From an uncultured Methanobrevibacter sp. (GTDB taxonomy: Archaea; Methanobacteriota; Methanobacteria; Methanobacteriales; Methanobacteriaceae): a stretch of 64,000 bases of DNA. The position numbers and the translations under genes were made by a program. This document shows, piece after piece, positions 60,482-64,000 of this stretch. The notes under the pieces are model-generated. The model ran no database searches, was not told the DNA's origin, and worked only from the letters and a program-made list of their open reading frames with translations. Within the stretch, counting starts at the first letter, position 1. Each line of letters opens with the position of its first letter. Where the stretch lies: positions 23,836-87,835 of the forward strand of contig CAMJCX010000001.1 of the NCBI GenBank assembly GCA_946404245.1. The letters are read 5' to 3'.

Positions 60482-61582
60482 ATGAAGTATCTCAAGCATA
60501 AGTTATATGGAAGGATATTTAATTTGTTTAAAATCTTTCCAATTAATCAAAATAAAATAACATTCATTGTCGATTCAGGGGAATCTTTCAAAGGTAATCT
60601 GGATTATATTAAAAAGGAATTTGAAAAAAGAGGTACTTTTGAATTTAACTTTTTTTATAAAGATAAGCTTTCAATTGGGGCTTTCAAAGACTTGGCCACT
60701 TCCAAATACATATTCTTGAATGACAATTTTTTCCCGATTGCATTCATGAACTTTAAAAATGAAAGTGTTGTCACTCAATTATGGCATGCTCCCGGGGCCT
60801 TTAAAAAGTTTGGGGGATCCGTTTCTAGTGAGGATGACAGGCAGATGCTTTTGAAAATTTCAAAAAATACAGATTATTTAATAACATCTTCAAAAAATAT
60901 CGAAAGCTTTTACAGTGAAGCTTTTCAAATCTCCAAGGATAAAATCAAGCCTCTGGGTCTTCCAAGAGCCGATTATTATTTTGAAAATCACGACATCAAC
61001 GTTTTGAAAGAGGATTTCTGCAGAAAATATGATGTTGCCCCCGATAAAAAAATCATTCTTTATGCTCCTACTTTTAGAGATGAGGAAAAATTCAACAATG
61101 TTTTTAACTATTTGGATTTGAATGAGTTTAATGAAGCCTTGGGCGATGAATATGTTCTTGCCTTAAGATTGCATCCGAAAATTAAGGATTTTTACAGCGG
61201 AGATATTTCCTCCAATGGAAAATACATAGATTGCAGCGATTACGCATCAGAGCAGGAATTATTGCTGATTAGTGATATTTTGATTACGGATTATTCCTCA
61301 ATAATGATAGAGTTTGCAATGTTGAATAAGCCGATTGTATTTTTCACTTATGATTTTGACAGTTATCTCAATGATGAGAGAGGATTTTATTTTGATTTTA
61401 AAAATACTGTTCCAGGACCGGTCGTATATGATTCAAGTCAATTGATTGATGTAATTGAAAATAAAGATTTTGATGAGAGACAATTATCCGAATTTGTAAT
61501 GACACAATTTGATGAGATTAACGGTGAAGCATCCAAGAGAGTTGTTGATTTTCTTTTAAATGAGGGGGATAAAAATGGATAA
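60482..61582 (+). CDS. CDP-glycerol/ribitol glycerophosphotransferase (TagB/TagF family)
   Basis: QLWHA.GAFKKFG, GLPR.D, LYAPTFRD, LHP, LITDYSS...EF. Confidence 0.9.
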   Translation: MKYLKHKLYGRIFNLFKIFPINQNKITFIVDSGESFKGNLDYIKKEFEKRGTFEFNFFYKDKLSIGAFKDLATSKYIFLNDNFFPIAFMNFKNESVVTQLWHAPGAFKKFGGSVSSEDDRQMLLKISKNTDYLITSSKNIESFYSEAFQISKDKIKPLGLPRADYYFENHDINVLKEDFCRKYDVAPDKKIILYAPTFRDEEKFNNVFNYLDLNEFNEALGDEYVLALRLHPKIKDFYSGDISSNGKYIDCSDYASEQELLLISDILITDYSSIMIEFAMLNKPIVFFTYDFDSYLNDERGFYFDFKNTVPGPVVYDSSQLIDVIENKDFDERQLSEFVMTQFDEINGEASKRVVDFLLNEGDKNG

Positions 61583-62537
61583 TATTAAAGTTAGTGTTAT
61601 TATTCCCGTTTATAATTGCGGCAGATATATAGGTGCAACTCTCAAATCAGTTATTAATCAAGATTTCAATCAGGGCTATGAAATAATAGTCATTGATGAC
61701 GGTTCAACAGACGATAGTTTGAATGTCATTAATGCCACATTAAAAGATTGCGGAGTCCCATATAAGGTAATTCATCAGGAAAATGCGGGAGTTAGCGTTG
61801 CAAGGAATCATGGGATAGATGTCTCTTCAGGTGACTTTCTTGTTTTTGTAGACGGCGATGACATAGTTCTGGAAAATCATTTATCAGAATTATATAATGA
61901 GGATTATGATTTCAGTCTAATACAATTCGCAAAAAAAGATGAAGACTCCATAGTTAACCCAAATCAATTTGATTTCGATTCCATTTCAACCGGGGAGTTT
62001 ATAAAAAAAGAACTCAGAATGGAGATTTTATTTAATTTTTTCCAGCTGATGTATAATGCGGACATTATTAAAAGCAATGATATCTACTTTTCTCCTGGAG
62101 TTGTCTATGGAGAAGACATAGAATTTGCATTGAAAGCACTAATTCATGGTAACAGGATTCACATCAGTAATGAAATTACATATTACTATATTCAACGTTC
62201 GGATTCTGCCATAAGGACTTCAGAATTCAGACGGTTTGATGTTGTTGAAATATTTGAAAATTTGGCTAGCTTCTATAGAATGAACGGTAGAAATGATCTG
62301 GCTAATCTGATAATATACTCAAGAATTCCAAAAGCAATATTTGGGAATATGAATTATTTCTTTTATAGCTGCTATGGTTTTGATGAGGTATATTATGTAA
62401 TGGAGAAAAAAGATTTATTGTCCAAATTGTCAAGATACAGGGGAGACTTTAAATTCAAGTTAAAAATAAAGCTTTTCTTATTAAACCCAAGATTATATTA
62501 TAAAATGTGGTTTAGATTTAAAAATTCGATTGATTAA
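61575..62537 (+). CDS. GT2 glycosyltransferase
   Basis: VIIPVYN, DDGSTD, NAGVSVARN, FVDGDD, GED. Confidence 0.88.
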   Translation: MDNIKVSVIIPVYNCGRYIGATLKSVINQDFNQGYEIIVIDDGSTDDSLNVINATLKDCGVPYKVIHQENAGVSVARNHGIDVSSGDFLVFVDGDDIVLENHLSELYNEDYDFSLIQFAKKDEDSIVNPNQFDFDSISTGEFIKKELRMEILFNFFQLMYNADIIKSNDIYFSPGVVYGEDIEFALKALIHGNRIHISNEITYYYIQRSDSAIRTSEFRRFDVVEIFENLASFYRMNGRNDLANLIIYSRIPKAIFGNMNYFFYSCYGFDEVYYVMEKKDLLSKLSRYRGDFKFKLKIKLFLLNPRLYYKMWFRFKNSID

Positions 62538-62538
62538 C

Positions 62539-63498
62539 ATGAAGGTTTCAGTAGTAACACCAAATTATAATGGAGAGAAGTTCCTAAAAGCATTTTTCGA
62601 TTCACTCAACGAAGACAGTGAGTATATTGGAGAAGTAATCATAGTGGATAACGGGTCTGCGGATAATAGTAAAGACTACATTAACAATAACACATTCAAC
62701 TTCCCTGTGGTGTTGATTGAAAATTCTGAGAATTTAGGTTTTGCGCCGGCGGTCAATCATGGAATTTCAAAAGCAAAATATGAGTACATTTTCTCTTTAA
62801 ACAATGATACTGAGCTTAAAAAAGGTTCAATTAAGCATATGGTCGATTTGATTTCATCAAGTGAGGATATTTTTTCCGTCCAGGCAAAGATGCTCCAATA
62901 CAATAACAAGGATTTGATTGACGATGTCGGTGACGAGTACAATCTCCTTGCATGGACTAAAAAGACAGGTGAAAATCACAATTCAAACGAGTATGCTGAT
63001 GTTGTAGAGATTTTTTCAAGCTGTGCGGGAGCGGCAATGTATAAGAAGCCACTGTTAGAAGAGCTTGGAATGTTTGACGATAACTTTTTTGCATATATGG
63101 AAGATGTGGATCTTGCGATAAGGTCCAAAATTAACGGTTATCGCAATCTCTTATGTCCTCAGGCAATTGTTTACCATATCGGAAGCGCAACCAGCGGCAG
63201 CAGATACAATGAATTTAAGGTAAGGCTGGCTGCCCGAAATAACGTATGGGTTGTCTATAAGAACATTCCAATTCCATTGAAGATAATCAATTTCATATTT
63301 CTGTTTTTAGGATTTTTCATAAAATATCTGTTCTTTGTAAAAAAAGGATTTGGAGATATTTATTTTGCCGGAATAAAAGAGGGACTGTCCACCCGAAACA
63401 AAATTTCCAAGACAAAATTCAAATCAAAAAATACAATAAACTATTTAAAAATCGAATATAGATTAATTATTAACACTATTAAATTTTTAAAAAGGTAG
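62539..63498 (+). CDS. GT2 glycosyltransferase (rhamnosyltransferase-like)
   Basis: PNYNG, DNGS, NLGFAPAVN, LNND, FFAYMEDVDL..R. Confidence 0.88.
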   Translation: MKVSVVTPNYNGEKFLKAFFDSLNEDSEYIGEVIIVDNGSADNSKDYINNNTFNFPVVLIENSENLGFAPAVNHGISKAKYEYIFSLNNDTELKKGSIKHMVDLISSSEDIFSVQAKMLQYNNKDLIDDVGDEYNLLAWTKKTGENHNSNEYADVVEIFSSCAGAAMYKKPLLEELGMFDDNFFAYMEDVDLAIRSKINGYRNLLCPQAIVYHIGSATSGSRYNEFKVRLAARNNVWVVYKNIPIPLKIINFIFLFLGFFIKYLFFVKKGFGDIYFAGIKEGLSTRNKISKTKFKSKNTINYLKIEYRLIINTIKFLKR

Positions 63499-63510
63499 AA
63501 GTTGAGGTTC

Positions 63511-64000
63511 ATGAATCTTTCAGTTGTAATTGTAAATTATCAAACTTTTGAAATGACAAAAAATACAATCAATTCAATTTTGGAGCATTCCTATCCGTTT
63601 TCCTACGAAATCATCGTGGTTGACAATGCTTCCAGTGACGATAGTTTATCCAGATTGCAGGAATACTTTAAAGATAAAGTGAAATTCATTGCCTCAAGCG
63701 AAAACAACGGTTTTGCTGCAGGAAACAACCAGGCTTTAAGGCAAGTTAACAGTGATTATGTGCTGCTTTTGAATTCGGATACAATAGTCTGGGAAAATAC
63801 CCTAGAAAATATTTACGCCTATATGGAAAACCACGAAGATGTGGGTGCATGCGGATGCAGGGTCAGATTGGAGGACGGTCAGCTAGACAAGGCTTGCAAA
63901 AGGAGCTTTCCGAATGTCAAAAACTCATTTTTCAGGCTGTTCCACATTCCGACAAATAGCAAGGACGATAACTATAATTTAACAGACCTCGCAGATGATG
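63511..64000 (+). CDS. GT2 glycosyltransferase (WbbL-like), runs off the window end
   Basis: MNLSVVIVNY, VVDNASSD, NNGFAAGNN, LLNSD; open to the window end. Confidence 0.85.
   Translation, partial: MNLSVVIVNYQTFEMTKNTINSILEHSYPFSYEIIVVDNASSDDSLSRLQEYFKDKVKFIASSENNGFAAGNNQALRQVNSDYVLLLNSDTIVWENTLENIYAYMENHEDVGACGCRVRLEDGQLDKACKRSFPNVKNSFFRLFHIPTNSKDDNYNLTDLADD

Noticed and set aside
1-64000. tRNA, rRNA, integrase, prophage or cas genes
   Set aside because: None recognised by eye in the intergenic regions or translations; tRNAscan/Infernal were not run

Overview
AT-rich chromosomal window from a methanogenic archaeon of the Methanobacteriales, most consistent with Methanobrevibacter (archaeal histone, Cdc6/Orc1, PolD DP1, CfbA/CbiX, Mmp11, thiol:fumarate reductase, giant adhesin-like protein). 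Most of it is housekeeping: riboflavin, cobamide/F430, His, Pyr, Leu, Thi and Pur genes, plus a dTDP-rhamnose/surface-glycan cluster. It probably contains the replication origin (mini-ORB cluster upstream of cdc6). Most notable observations: (1) a bacterial-type FMN riboswitch under an archaeal promoter upstream of ribB; (2) an exactly 300-bp non-autonomous IS200/IS605 derivative that has lost its genes but kept both end hairpins and a TnpB omega-RNA-like scaffold, inserted without target duplication into a membrane-protein pseudogene whose original end can be rebuilt in frame; (3) a 4449-aa adhesin built by nested duplications, divergent from two tandem TetR genes with two palindromic operator-like boxes; (4) an intact secreted barnase plus barstar pair inside the rfb operon; (5) two paralogous 3-TM half-transporters with opposite charge bias; (6) several small ORFs below the ORF-track cut-off. 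All calls come from reading the sequence and translations; no searches were run.
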